From a virus (Duplodnaviria; Heunggongvirae; Uroviricota; Caudoviricetes), in the IMG/VR virus record IMGVR_UViG_2690316286_000008: 25,738 nucleotides of DNA. The stretch is one strand, 5' to 3'. Numbering within the stretch: position 1 is the stretch's first letter; the number at the start of each line of letters is the position of its first letter. Positions 1-9,332 of the stretch are shown here, one piece after another. The notes below the pieces were generated by a model that was not told the origin of the DNA, did no database searches, and saw nothing but the letters and a program-made list of their open reading frames with translations. The translations under genes and the position numbers were made by a program.

Positions 1-682
1 GCGCAGTTGGTGTTGTTGGCGTTCCGGTCAGTGCCGGGCTGTTTAATGGGGCTTTCTTGTTCGTTTCATCCATTACTGCCTTAACGGCTTTTGGTGTCGC
101 TGCCAGCGTTTCAGACGTGCTGTTGGTGGCGTTGCTGAGCTGGACAAGGCCTTTTGCGGTCAGCGAGGCGTCCGGGTGACGTCGTGACTGTTCATGCTCT
201 TTCAGTTTGTCATCCACGTAATTCACTGTGGCCATCACCATGGTGTTATCCACGGTAAGCGCCACAGTGGCAGTGCTGGATACGGTCAGAATGGTGCGAA
301 ATGTTTGTGCACGTCCGGATCCTTCGGCAACGGTTGGCTTGTAACTTTCGGCAGTATTGCCTACCGCGATCAAATCGCCGTGCTCATCAAACACACCAAT
401 TTCCCGGATCCAGAATCCGCCCGTTTCAGGAGGAATAACCAGCTCCGCAATAATGTGGTTCTGATGTGTTGCGTCCAGGGTGACGCGATTAACGGTATGT
501 CGCCACACCTCATGCACAAGACGGGTCTGCTTACTGTCTGGCGTGGGTAAAGTACCGCCGCCGTCACCCACGGCCATATGTGTCAGGCGGACAGGTTTCC
601 CATCTGGCGCGGTTGCCTGCGCTAATTTTTTTGCACCCGTATCGGTGATAATGGTTTTAAATTTTCGTGTTGTGGTACTCAT
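1..682 (-). CDS. H: Tail fibre protein gpH, N-terminal part only (gene continues past window start)
   Basis: Minus-strand ATG at 682-680; translation MSTTTRKFKTIITDTGAKKLAQ... with conserved P2 gpH N-terminal domain motifs (HEVWRH, IAELVIPPE, YVDDK..EHEQSRRHPDASLTAKG, SETLAATPKAVK); open to position 1. Confidence 0.85.
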   Translation of the reverse strand, partial: MSTTTRKFKTIITDTGAKKLAQATAPDGKPVRLTHMAVGDGGGTLPTPDSKQTRLVHEVWRHTVNRVTLDATHQNHIIAELVIPPETGGFWIREIGVFDEHGDLIAVGNTAESYKPTVAEGSGRAQTFRTILTVSSTATVALTVDNTMVMATVNYVDDKLKEHEQSRRHPDASLTAKGLVQLSNATNSTSETLAATPKAVKAVMDETNKKAPLNSPALTGTPTTPTA

Positions 683-684
683 GC

Positions 685-1215
685 TTAATCGTCCGGATAA
701 ATGGTAATGACTTCACCGTCGTAAGTTGCTGCTGCCGCGAAAATATCTCCCTGAATCTCCTGAATGATATTCAGCCCTGTCATGTGGCGGCTGACCGGGC
801 GGGCATCAGCAATCAACCGCTCCATTTCCAGATACATTTCCTCCGTCACGCCACTGTCCAGCGTGCCAACATCAATCTTGAATGTTCCGGGTTCGCCGTT
901 GAACTCCCACCACTCAGACACGCGAATGAGGTATCCCAGCGGCTCAATGGCCCGTCGCAGGGCGCTGATGGTTCCTTTGTGTCGGTGTATCAGCCATGCA
1001 TCACGAATCACCTGTCGCTTTGTCTCTTCCGGCCAGTTGCGATCCCAGCGGTCAACGGAAAACGCCCAGGCGAGATAAGGCAGCAGATGCACCGGGCAGG
1101 TGTCCGGCGACCACAGCGTGTTGAGGTCTGCCGGAATGTCTGTAATGCGTGTTCCGACGGCTTCGGCACAACGCATGAAATTGCTGGCTGATGGTGGTAA
1201 CAGTGAATTACTCAT
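685..1215 (-). CDS. I: Baseplate assembly protein gpI
   Basis: ORF 685..1248 trimmed to in-frame ATG at 1215 (176 aa) that abuts gpJ stop; position between J and H as in P2. Confidence 0.8.
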   Translation of the reverse strand: MSNSLLPPSASNFMRCAEAVGTRITDIPADLNTLWSPDTCPVHLLPYLAWAFSVDRWDRNWPEETKRQVIRDAWLIHRHKGTISALRRAIEPLGYLIRVSEWWEFNGEPGTFKIDVGTLDSGVTEEMYLEMERLIADARPVSRHMTGLNIIQEIQGDIFAAAATYDGEVITIYPDD

Positions 1216-2104
1216 TACGCCCACCTTCGCTGATGGTGAATGACTCACAGCGCGCCGCCTGTATGTCGCTGATGGCCATATTCTGTGTGGGTTCGATTAT
1301 CTCCACGCGTTGCACACCGTGCACATGCAGTGCGGCAGCAATGGCGGACAACGCCACGTCCTGACCGATAAGCCCCTGCTCAGCCAGCCACTTCCTGAAC
1401 GACGATTCAGCCGCAGCCAGAATAGGTTCGGATTCCGGACCGGGGTAAAAGTACAGTTTTGCATTCAGCCGCCATGTCACGATTCTGGCACTCTGTACGG
1501 TCAGGCGGTCGGCCACCGGGCGGGTATCCTCTGCATTCAGAACGGCGCGAACGGTATTAAGCAACGCCTCCGTTGCTGTGCCGTCGCCCTCAGTGGACAG
1601 GATGGAAACCGTCACATTTGCCGGAGACGGACTGATGGCCCGCGCATCGCGCACCAGACCGCTGGCGCTGCGGGCAAAATACTCGTATGCGCCTGACGGG
1701 CCTGCAACACTCAGGCCGTCATACGCCCGCTGCGCCCGCAGTCTCAGCGAGGTGTCGTTCTCCATCACCACGTCGGTGGTATCCGTTGCCGGAGTGATAA
1801 CCAGGCGCTTTGTGTTCATATTGCCCGCGAGGTTGTCCAGGTCTGTTCCGGCGCTGTGGCTCAACATGCAGGCGCGTGCGGCCTCATTGACCCGCTGGCG
1901 TAACAGCATTTCACGAAACGACATGGTTTGAGCGATAACGTTCAGGGGTTCCGATTCCAGTTCCAGTGCGGCGGAGACGACTTCACGCTGTTCGGCGGGA
2001 TAAGCTGCAATCATCATGGCCTTTGTGTCAGCCAGAATTGCCTCAAAGTCAGGCTCCGCGATGATGGCGGGTTCCGGTAACTGGGAAAGGTCAACGGCAG
2101 GCAT
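1208..2104 (-). CDS. J: Baseplate assembly protein gpJ
   Basis: 298-aa ORF, syntenic with P2 J between W and I; size matches (~300 aa). Confidence 0.85.
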   Translation of the reverse strand: MPAVDLSQLPEPAIIAEPDFEAILADTKAMMIAAYPAEQREVVSAALELESEPLNVIAQTMSFREMLLRQRVNEAARACMLSHSAGTDLDNLAGNMNTKRLVITPATDTTDVVMENDTSLRLRAQRAYDGLSVAGPSGAYEYFARSASGLVRDARAISPSPANVTVSILSTEGDGTATEALLNTVRAVLNAEDTRPVADRLTVQSARIVTWRLNAKLYFYPGPESEPILAAAESSFRKWLAEQGLIGQDVALSAIAAALHVHGVQRVEIIEPTQNMAISDIQAARCESFTISEGGRNE

Positions 2105-2107
2105 GAT

Positions 2108-2458
2108 TTACTCCCTCAGCGTGATGGTTAATTCAACATTCTGCATGGTCTGCATGACAGTGCCCGACAGCGTCACCCCGGCGTGGCCTCCTGCCTTCCA
2201 GACAACGTCGATGGCGTTCAGGGCAATGCGTGGTTCCCATCGTGTCAGTGCAATCACGGTAGCACTCATGCATTGCAGACGCGTGGTGTTATTCATGGGT
2301 TCGTCAATCAAATCAGGCACAAGGCTGCCATATTCCCGTCGCATAACCCGGCTTGCCAGCGGGGTGGTCAGGATGTCCCTGACTGACTGTTTCAGGTGCG
2401 CCATATCGTTCAGGTTTCCCGTCCCGTCCGGGTTCATTCCTGTGTAGCGGGTTGTCAC
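2108..2458 (-). CDS. W: Baseplate protein gpW
   Basis: 116-aa ORF, GTG start overlapping V stop (GTGA); translation MTTRYTGMN... resembles P2 gpW; synteny. Confidence 0.8.
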   Translation of the reverse strand: MTTRYTGMNPDGTGNLNDMAHLKQSVRDILTTPLASRVMRREYGSLVPDLIDEPMNNTTRLQCMSATVIALTRWEPRIALNAIDVVWKAGGHAGVTLSGTVMQTMQNVELTITLRE

Positions 2459-3036
2459 TGCGGGCCTCCTGTCGAATCGCTGCCACCTTTAACGCCACCG
2501 TGCTTATGCGTATGCACTGTGATGCCGTTTGAGGTGAAATCGCCGCCGCTGTGCGTGATATTGCCGCTCATCGTTCCCCCTTTTGTGACGTCAAGCGTCG
2601 CTGTTCTCAGAAGGTCTGTGCATTCCACGACAGGCGTGTTCAGTGTCACGCTGATGGATGCCTGCAAAGTGGCCGTTTTCATGCCGCTTGCGCTCAGTGC
2701 GCCTGCGTCCGCGTCGTAGCGGAACACCGCGCCGTCCGGCGCGCTGACCACGATTTCTTTCAGGCTTTTGCCGGGTGCCGGAATGGCATCACTCCACAGG
2801 CTGCCGATTATCATGGCGGTTTCCGGGTTGCCGCCGATGCAGGCAATTGCCACCTGTTCGCCTGGTGATGGCGGAAACCACACGTTGAAGTCTCCCGCGC
2901 GCGTGGTGTTCCAGCGCAGCCAGCCTGTTTCCAGTTCGCCGCTGCGAACGCGCACGCACCAGGATTCCTCATCAACTTCAGAGATGATCCCGGTGCGGAT
3001 GATATTGCTCAGCAGTCGCATGAGTTCTGCGCTCAT
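2455..3036 (-). CDS. V: Baseplate spike/assembly protein gpV
   Basis: 193-aa ORF; synteny between S and W; ATG at 3036 overlaps S stop. Confidence 0.82.
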   Translation of the reverse strand: MSAELMRLLSNIIRTGIISEVDEESWCVRVRSGELETGWLRWNTTRAGDFNVWFPPSPGEQVAIACIGGNPETAMIIGSLWSDAIPAPGKSLKEIVVSAPDGAVFRYDADAGALSASGMKTATLQASISVTLNTPVVECTDLLRTATLDVTKGGTMSGNITHSGGDFTSNGITVHTHKHGGVKGGSDSTGGPQ

Positions 3037-3668
3037 CGTACAGCCTCCGCAATCCGGCCCAGCACCGTGTTATAAATCAGGCGCTCATCTGCCTGGCTGA
3101 TACCCAGCAGCTCACGTACCGGGTAATCGGTGAAAATGCCCGGCGCAACCTGATCGCGCTCACCGAACTGATGAACGCGTGCAATACGTGCGGCCACGCC
3201 GCTGTAACCCACCGTCACACCGGAAGCATCTGCACGGGCTTTCAGGTAGCGGGCGGTGCGCAGTTTTACGAACATGGAGACGCGCCTGGTGCTGTCCTGG
3301 TTGATGCGCCGGGTGCGTATTTCCAGAAAACGGTCGATGTCATCCCGGTAAAACGTGCGGATATTGTTTTTATCCTCATCCCACCCGGTGATGGTTCGCC
3401 CGTATTTCCCCGTGTCGTGATGCCAGTTTTTCAGCGTGCGTGCTTCGTTATTCCAGATAAAGCGAATGCGCTCCTGTATCCGGGTTACGCGGCGTCTGCG
3501 TGGTGTCCATGCGGTCCCGTCCGGCGCTTTCTGTGACCGGATACGCGCCTGCTGGGCGCGGCGTAAATCCTGTGCCAGCTTTCTGGCGATGTTATTAATG
3601 GCCTGCTGATTCAGGCTGTCGCGGATAGCCTCAAAGGTTTCATCCACGCGGGTGAATGCCTTATCCAT
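3033..3668 (-). CDS. S: Tail completion / virion morphogenesis protein gpS-like (longer than recalled P2 S)
   Basis: 211-aa ORF directly downstream of R; C-terminal block ...RIARVHQFGERD... resembles gpS family; start ATG at 3668 overlaps R stop. Confidence 0.65.
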   Translation of the reverse strand: MDKAFTRVDETFEAIRDSLNQQAINNIARKLAQDLRRAQQARIRSQKAPDGTAWTPRRRRVTRIQERIRFIWNNEARTLKNWHHDTGKYGRTITGWDEDKNNIRTFYRDDIDRFLEIRTRRINQDSTRRVSMFVKLRTARYLKARADASGVTVGYSGVAARIARVHQFGERDQVAPGIFTDYPVRELLGISQADERLIYNTVLGRIAEAVR

Positions 3669-4128
3669 CGCTTTCCCCCCACGTCACATCCTGGAATACA
3701 TGCGACCAGTCGCCTTCGGAAGAGGGCAGGCGGGGTTTTGGCTCCGGCAGGTGTTCTGCCTGCGGTGTGCCCTGACTGCTGCGCGTGATGCGAACGCGTT
3801 CCCGCAGGGGGAGCGTAAACAGGAGATCGGCGCTGTCATCGTCATTGATAACGGCGGAAAATTTGATGTCCTGATTACGCTCCGGATTGAGCAACAACTG
3901 TGGCTGATTTTCGGATAACCACGCCAGCAGCGGCAGCGTGAGGTCGTCCAGCTCTCCGGCGTAATCCATGACAAACATCACTATCTGATAGCGGTAAACA
4001 AACGATGGGGTTTCTCCGGTCGTTTCAATGTTGCCGCTCTCCACGAAAATGGTGAATTTTTCCGGGTTGGCATGACACCACCGGCATGAACGGGTCATGG
4101 CTTCACGCAGGGAATCAGTTTTCAGCAT
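3661..4128 (-). CDS. R: Tail completion protein gpR
   Basis: 155-aa ORF, same size and position as P2 R. Confidence 0.8.
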   Translation of the reverse strand: MLKTDSLREAMTRSCRWCHANPEKFTIFVESGNIETTGETPSFVYRYQIVMFVMDYAGELDDLTLPLLAWLSENQPQLLLNPERNQDIKFSAVINDDDSADLLFTLPLRERVRITRSSQGTPQAEHLPEPKPRLPSSEGDWSHVFQDVTWGESDG

Positions 4129-4405
4129 GGTTGTTGTCCTCGTTGTTCAGTCGTTGCAGCCTGCGCTGTTCCAGTAATTCAATGGCCCGCTTATCGGCGT
4201 TACAGGTTTCCAGTGCGTCCATGAGGCTGTCGCTCCATATCCCGATGTTTCCCCATGATGGCGTCACCGGAAACGGCGGGGGAAGTACGGGGGCGGTCAG
4301 CCCTTCCGGGATGAAACGGAACGACGGCGGCGGCGCGGACGCGTTCTGCGTGCTGGTGCAACCGCTCAGTAAAGCGAGCGTCAGGAACAGCGCGGGCACA
4401 TGCAT
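4115..4405 (-). CDS. lysC: Outer-membrane spanin (LysC/Rz1-like lipoprotein), embedded in alternate frame of lysB
   Basis: ORF 4115..4435 in +1 frame within lysB 3' half; internal ATG at 4405 gives signal peptide plus lipobox (LTLALLSGC) and Pro-rich body typical of o-spanins. Confidence 0.6.
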   Translation of the reverse strand: MHVPALFLTLALLSGCTSTQNASAPPPSFRFIPEGLTAPVLPPPFPVTPSWGNIGIWSDSLMDALETCNADKRAIELLEQRRLQRLNNEDNNHAEN

Positions 4406-4673
4406 CTGTCGTGATATCGTTGCGTAGCTGTTCACGTCGGATTTCCCCTTCCTGTTGTCGGTTCTGGCGCGCTGTCATGACGTCACGCAGTACACCGGAT
4501 GCGGTGCTGATGATGGTGCCGGCCTCTTTCAGGGTCCGGCTGTAATCGTCCAGTTGCGCCTGTGTATAACGGTTGTGTCCGTCTTCCTGCCCCAGTCTGA
4601 ATGTCTGCCAGAGTGTTATGGTCAGCAGCGTGAGGACGGTCAGTGCCATCATCAGGATGTAACGCACTTTCAT
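4200..4673 (-). CDS. lysB: Inner-membrane spanin (LysB/Rz-like)
   Basis: 157-aa ORF with N-terminal TM segment (ILMMALTVLTLLTITLW) and charged coiled-coil body; immediately downstream of endolysin K (ATGA overlap). Confidence 0.65.
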   Translation of the reverse strand: MKVRYILMMALTVLTLLTITLWQTFRLGQEDGHNRYTQAQLDDYSRTLKEAGTIISTASGVLRDVMTARQNRQQEGEIRREQLRNDITTDACARAVPDARFTERLHQHAERVRAAAVVPFHPGRADRPRTSPAVSGDAIMGKHRDMERQPHGRTGNL

Positions 4674-5218
4674 GACTGGCCTCCGGTGTCACGTAAGCAC
4701 CATGCACGAAAATCAGTACGACGGTTAACCAGTCCCTGTGAGCGTTCGCCGCCGCTGTTCACGAAGTCAGTCAGTCTGTTGCACATGTCAGGCCAGTTGT
4801 GCGCCTGTGCATGTTTCCAGATAGTGGTGCGGTGGTAGTTACGGTTCTTATCCCTGAACCACATAAGATTTCTGCATCCAAGATTAAAGGCGGCATCTGT
4901 CATTGCCTCAAACGCGGACTGTGGCATGGCGTTGCCGCTGAAGTTCTGATTTATGCAGTTTTCTGCATGTTGCATATCATTAACCCAGCGCCCGGCGACT
5001 TCCGTTTCGGTGTACAGACGATTTTCCACATGCCCGGTCGAGCCGCACCCCACGGTCATTACCCCGGCAATATCCCGGTAAGGCGTTGCGCGACAGTCCT
5101 CCCATGTGGCAATGCGGATTTGCGCTTCCGGGCTGGTCCGGAGTTTGTGAGGGGCAATGGAGAACCCCAGCGCCACAATGGCGGCTACGGCGTAACGTTT
5201 AACGGGCAGCTTTATCAT
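4670..5218 (-). CDS. K: Endolysin gpK (phage lysozyme)
   Basis: 182-aa ORF following holin; position and size match P2 K. Confidence 0.8.
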   Translation of the reverse strand: MIKLPVKRYAVAAIVALGFSIAPHKLRTSPEAQIRIATWEDCRATPYRDIAGVMTVGCGSTGHVENRLYTETEVAGRWVNDMQHAENCINQNFSGNAMPQSAFEAMTDAAFNLGCRNLMWFRDKNRNYHRTTIWKHAQAHNWPDMCNRLTDFVNSGGERSQGLVNRRTDFRAWCLRDTGGQS

Positions 5219-5501
5219 GTGTATCGTTATCCCGCAGAATGTTCAGAGCCTGACGCTCACTGTCGTGAAGTGGCCGTGCGTCTGACTGCGCCAGGATACT
5301 GGCGATGAGTTCATTGCGACGCTGCATGGCGGTTTCCATCAGGCGGCGATGTCGCCAGGCATGTAATGCAGACAGAGAACCGAGTAACAACCCGGCAAGG
5401 GCGATTTTTTCACTGATGGTCATCACGCCTATTGTGGTGGCTGTGACTGATGCCCAGAAGGTGATCCAGTCACTCACCCGCTGAAAAAAACCTGTTACCA
5501 T
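5199..5501 (-). CDS. Y: Holin gpY
   Basis: ORF 5199..5708 trimmed to ATG at 5501 (100 aa) which abuts gpX stop; product has hydrophobic TM segments (WITFWASVTATTIGVM, IALAGLLLGSLSAL) and charged C-terminus. Confidence 0.7.
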   Translation of the reverse strand: MVTGFFQRVSDWITFWASVTATTIGVMTISEKIALAGLLLGSLSALHAWRHRRLMETAMQRRNELIASILAQSDARPLHDSERQALNILRDNDTHDKAAR

Positions 5502-5692
5502 AGCTGTATCATCTCTCGTTGTTTTTTCTTCTCCGGCTCCGGCATTTCCACCTCCTGTCCGGCTTCCAGAAATACCTGTCGGCAGAGTCCGGGGTTGGCA
5601 TCCAGCACCTTTTCGGTGACGCCCTGCGTCGTGCCGTAGTACCGGAAACAGAGCGAATCCACGGTGTCGCCTTCCAGTGTCTTCACTTTCAT
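5495..5692 (-). CDS. X: Tail protein gpX
   Basis: ORF 5495..5725 trimmed to ATG at 5692 (65 aa) forming ATGA overlap with L stop; size matches P2 X. Confidence 0.7.
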   Translation of the reverse strand: MKVKTLEGDTVDSLCFRYYGTTQGVTEKVLDANPGLCRQVFLEAGQEVEMPEPEKKKQREMIQLW

Positions 5693-6186
5693 CAGCACAA
5701 CTCCGCAAAGATTCGCGGGCGGCACAGAATGTCAGAGATGGCCCAGCTCACATCGCGCCACAAATCCGATGTCTGTATATCCAGTGCGTCCGCCCGGCGG
5801 TCGCCCTTGTCCGTTGTGTCCGCATCGCGGTAACGCTCCAGAATCAGGGCGCGTGTGGCGGTATAAACAGCATTGCGCCAGTGCCAGAGATTGACGCTTT
5901 CTCCGTTAATTACAGGTGCCGGAACATCGGCCAGCGTCTGATGGCCAGCCGCCTGCTGTTCCTGCTGCCATGCTTCCAGCTCGCGGGTAACGTGTGCCAC
6001 GGCCCCGGTGGCGGTATGCAGCAGGCGGGAGGTGGTCACGCGGCCCGGCAGTCGTACCGCCAGACGCAGCTCGCGCAGCACAATATCCGGCCAGAATGCA
6101 CCCGCTGAAATACGGGTATCGCCATCTTCGGTGTCGGTGATGTCGTCCTCTGCGGGTCCGGGTTCAGTTCTGGCAACCATACTCAT
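5692..6186 (-). CDS. L: Head completion protein gpL
   Basis: ORF 5692..6195; first ATG at 6186 preceded by AGGAG; C-terminal region ...LADVPAPVINGESV...ERYR...DELWRD... matches gpL family. Confidence 0.8.
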   Translation of the reverse strand: MSMVARTEPGPAEDDITDTEDGDTRISAGAFWPDIVLRELRLAVRLPGRVTTSRLLHTATGAVAHVTRELEAWQQEQQAAGHQTLADVPAPVINGESVNLWHWRNAVYTATRALILERYRDADTTDKGDRRADALDIQTSDLWRDVSWAISDILCRPRIFAELC

Positions 6187-6261
6187 GGGGTTCACTCCTG
6201 AAAAAATCGGGCGGTGGGTGCGCGGTGTAAACGGTCACGGAGCCAAACCGGAACACCGCGC

Positions 6262-6387
6262 NNNNNNNNNNNNNNNNNNNNNNNNNNNNNNNNNNNNNNN
6301 NNNNNNNNNNNNNNNNNNNNNNNNNNNNNNNNNNNNNNNNNNNNNNNNNNNNNNNNNNNNNNNNNNNNNNNNNNNNNNNNNNNNNNN
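6262..6387. other. Assembly gap (run of 126 N)
   Basis: Literal N characters in the sequence. Confidence 0.97.
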
Positions 6388-6419
6388 CCGCGCACGCCGC
6401 CCGCTGACGGGGTCAGTCG

Positions 6420-7220
6420 TTAACCGCGCTTCGCCTTCTGCGTCGCGGTGGTTTTTCGTGTTGCAGGCTTCCGCGTTGTCTTTTTACTTTCGCTGCTTTC
6501 GTCCTGCGCCTGCTGTGCGCTGGCGTCTTCTGGTGCGGCTGCGGAATCGGCTTTTTTCAGGGCGCGGGAAAGGGTTGCAATCTCGCGTTTCACACCTGCG
6601 TTCTGGTTCAGATGCATCGCTTCGCGCAGCAGCTTCAGTGATGAGGCCATGCTGTCCGCATCGCTCAGGCCACGGCGGGCAAAGGCGCACGCCTTGCATA
6701 ATTTGGCGCGCACTTCGTCCGGCATATCCTGGTTGGCGACAATTTCCCAAAGTGTGTCCAGTGGTTCGATAAAGACGGACAAATCCGCGTCGGCATCCGT
6801 CCCGGCCTGCGTCAGTACCGGATTGCAGATTTCTTCGGTCAGCACTGTGGCAGCAGTACGGCCAAAGTTATCCGGCATGATGAGGTTGTGACGGACCGCA
6901 TACGCACCAATACGCAGCGCAAGCGGAAGATCGCCGCAGTCAATCGCCCACACCATCAGCGTGGCAATCACTTCGTCCTGTTGCCCGCCGTCAGCCTCCA
7001 GCGTTCCCTCAATCCAGCCGGAAAAGTCCGGCAACAACGCTTTTTTGATGTCGGCTTTCGCGCTTCTGGCCTGTACGCCCTTAAGCCGGGCCTGTGCCAG
7101 ACGCAGACGATACAGCACCTCTTCATGCGCGGTACGCGCGGCGTGGTCCACACCTTCATTCGCCCGGCCTGCGCGCTGTGCCATCACGTTCTGCCAGTGT
7201 TGCTGTGCAGGAGTAATCAT
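6420..7220 (-). CDS. M: Terminase small (endonuclease) subunit gpM
   Basis: 266-aa ORF; conserved ...DMPDEVRAKL... and ...NAGVKREI... blocks as in P2 gpM; basic C-terminal tail; synteny. Confidence 0.85.
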   Translation of the reverse strand: MITPAQQHWQNVMAQRAGRANEGVDHAARTAHEEVLYRLRLAQARLKGVQARSAKADIKKALLPDFSGWIEGTLEADGGQQDEVIATLMVWAIDCGDLPLALRIGAYAVRHNLIMPDNFGRTAATVLTEEICNPVLTQAGTDADADLSVFIEPLDTLWEIVANQDMPDEVRAKLCKACAFARRGLSDADSMASSLKLLREAMHLNQNAGVKREIATLSRALKKADSAAAPEDASAQQAQDESSESKKTTRKPATRKTTATQKAKRG

Positions 7221-7265
7221 TTTTTCTCTCCGTTACAGGCGGGCATGATGCCCGCCGTGAGTTGA

Positions 7266-8318
7266 TTAGCTGTCGGCGAACTTCAGGCCAGTGACCATCG
7301 CGCACTTGCCATAGTCTTCAACGACATAAGCGTCATTGATGGACTGGTAGGTGGCGATGCGGTTGTATTCCGGTTCGTCTTTCATCAGACGACGCATTGA
7401 ACCTTTCTGCCAGTAAATCGACAGGTTGTTGAATGAGGTGATCAGCATCGTTGCATCCGGGAAGAACGGTGCAAGGAACACACCCAGCCCGCCAATGGTG
7501 CGCGATGACAGGATGAGCTGCCCGGCAAGTAATTCCGCATTGGGATTCTGGCCGCTGATGCTGTTCAGCACTGGCAGACGCAGCGAGTTAAACAGGTTGC
7601 GCCCCATAATCACCACGAGGTCGTCAGCTTCCTTGTGCCATTCATCCAGCAGAGATGAGCGCGCGTCCTGTACCAGTGCATCAGGGTTCGCGTATTTACC
7701 CGCGTGCGCCACGGTGTTGTCCATGTTGCGGGAAGTCAGCGTCACGTCATTCATTACGCGCTCGCTGGCATTGGTTCTGATGTGCTCCAGCCACCCCACG
7801 TTAACGTCCTGAAGCAGCTTGTTGGTGCTGAAGTTGGACTCATCCGCGTGAGATGTGCCGTTGAAACCGATCATGATGCGGTCAAGTGCCACCTGTCGGG
7901 CAATCTGTGCGCTGATGCGGGACTGAAAATCGCTGTGTGCCGACCAGGCATCAAGCTGCGGATACGAAATAAACGTGTCGTAGTTCACCTGTTCGCACTG
8001 GTATTTGCGGTTTTTCAGATCAACCACGTTATTCGGGTTACGGCGTTTTGTTCCGTCATAACTGGTATTTGTGCGTGCAATCGGTCCTGTGGTGTCCAGG
8101 AGGATTTTTTCGCCTTTCTGGTCGGTCACGCCGATCACGTTAATTTTTTTTGTAAGTTCGGTGCTATCCTTTGAGGCGTTTTCAAAACGTTGCTGCACCG
8201 CAGGTTCCACGGTAAATCGCGATACCAGTGCAGAAACCGGGATATTGTTAAGCGACGCCTGCTGCGCCATATAGCAACCCAGCTTGTTGCGGGTAATATC
8301 TGACATCACCAGATTCAT
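7266..8318 (-). CDS. N: Major capsid protein gpN
   Basis: 350-aa ORF; RBS AAGGAG upstream of ATG 8318; matches P2 N in size, position and motifs (FTVEP, LVVIMGR, NLSIY, YVVEDY). Confidence 0.9.
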   Translation of the reverse strand: MNLVMSDITRNKLGCYMAQQASLNNIPVSALVSRFTVEPAVQQRFENASKDSTELTKKINVIGVTDQKGEKILLDTTGPIARTNTSYDGTKRRNPNNVVDLKNRKYQCEQVNYDTFISYPQLDAWSAHSDFQSRISAQIARQVALDRIMIGFNGTSHADESNFSTNKLLQDVNVGWLEHIRTNASERVMNDVTLTSRNMDNTVAHAGKYANPDALVQDARSSLLDEWHKEADDLVVIMGRNLFNSLRLPVLNSISGQNPNAELLAGQLILSSRTIGGLGVFLAPFFPDATMLITSFNNLSIYWQKGSMRRLMKDEPEYNRIATYQSINDAYVVEDYGKCAMVTGLKFADS

Positions 8319-8341
8319 AAAAAATTTGCTCCTTTGTCTTA

Positions 8342-9178
8342 TCAGAAGTCAGCCAGCTGGTCGGAGGCTGCGCCCGTTGCGGTGAACCGGTTCTGCGGAT
8401 CGCCGTCCTGCGTGCGCAGTTTTTCCTTCAGTGCTGTCAGCTCCGTGGTCAGTAAAGTGATTTTCTGGCTGTCCTGCTGATGGCGTGTTTCCAGCGCATT
8501 AAAACGGTCGATAATGTCGGCCTGTGACGTTGCGACGCTTTCCACCGCTTCCTGAATACGGGAGAAACTGGCGTCATCCGCTTTGCGGCCACGACCAATA
8601 ATCCCCATTACGCGGTTAAACCACTGGGTGCCTTCTTCCTGGCGTTGTTCTGCCATTTCGATGATTTCAGACTCGATGGCTTCGGAGATAAGCGGTGCTT
8701 CACCCTGGATACTGTTGAACGTCATCACCGCCTGACGTTGCTGTGCCGTGAATTTCAGGCGCTCAGTGCCCAGGCTTGCCGGGGTGTCGGTCATCGCCAG
8801 CCCGACCAGATAGGCGCGCCCGTTAACGGAGAACTGCGGGTGCAGTTCGATACTGGAATAGATTTTCTTGCCGTCCGCGACAAGCTGCTTCATGCGCTCG
8901 GTCGGTTCGATTTCTGCATACAGCGCAGTACGTCCGGCCAGCGGACCTTCCGTAATGTCTTCCGTACTCAGTGCGGTGACATCGCCCATTGCGGAAAATT
9001 CGCTTGACGGGCATGGCGAGAGATAGTGCTCAACGTTCACGCGGGCAGCGTAAACATCCGGGTTGAAGTTCTCGGCGGCTTCACGCAGATGCACCGGACT
9101 GATTTCACGGCCATCAACAGTTGATCCGGAGACAGCCACGCGAAACTTTTTGCGGGATGTCTTTTTTTCATTAGCCAT
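8342..9178 (-). CDS. O: Capsid scaffolding protein gpO
   Basis: ORF 8342..9211 trimmed to ATG at 9178 (MANEKKTSRKKFRVAV...) by homology to P2 O N-terminus; coiled-coil C-terminus. Confidence 0.85.
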   Translation of the reverse strand: MANEKKTSRKKFRVAVSGSTVDGREISPVHLREAAENFNPDVYAARVNVEHYLSPCPSSEFSAMGDVTALSTEDITEGPLAGRTALYAEIEPTERMKQLVADGKKIYSSIELHPQFSVNGRAYLVGLAMTDTPASLGTERLKFTAQQRQAVMTFNSIQGEAPLISEAIESEIIEMAEQRQEEGTQWFNRVMGIIGRGRKADDASFSRIQEAVESVATSQADIIDRFNALETRHQQDSQKITLLTTELTALKEKLRTQDGDPQNRFTATGAASDQLADF

Positions 9179-9332
9179 AGTTTTTGCCCCTCTGACTGGT
9201 TCTTCAGTCATGATGGCAAAGCGTAACAGGCTGATACAAAGGGCTTTTGTTGTAAGAAAACGGCCAGAACAGGGGGTTAAGGAGAACGGTTTCGCGCGCG
9301 GGTAATCTTCCTGTAATTACTCAGGGGGAGCA
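9179..9332. promoter_or_regulatory. Divergent late-promoter region between O and P (expected Ogr-dependent promoters)
   Basis: Position between divergently transcribed O and P operons as in P2; no promoter elements verified. Confidence 0.35.

Noticed and set aside
6008-6772. 254-aa plus-strand ORF and 67-aa minus-strand ORF running through the N run
   Set aside because: Their open frames are created by the N masking (translated as X); not real coding sequence.
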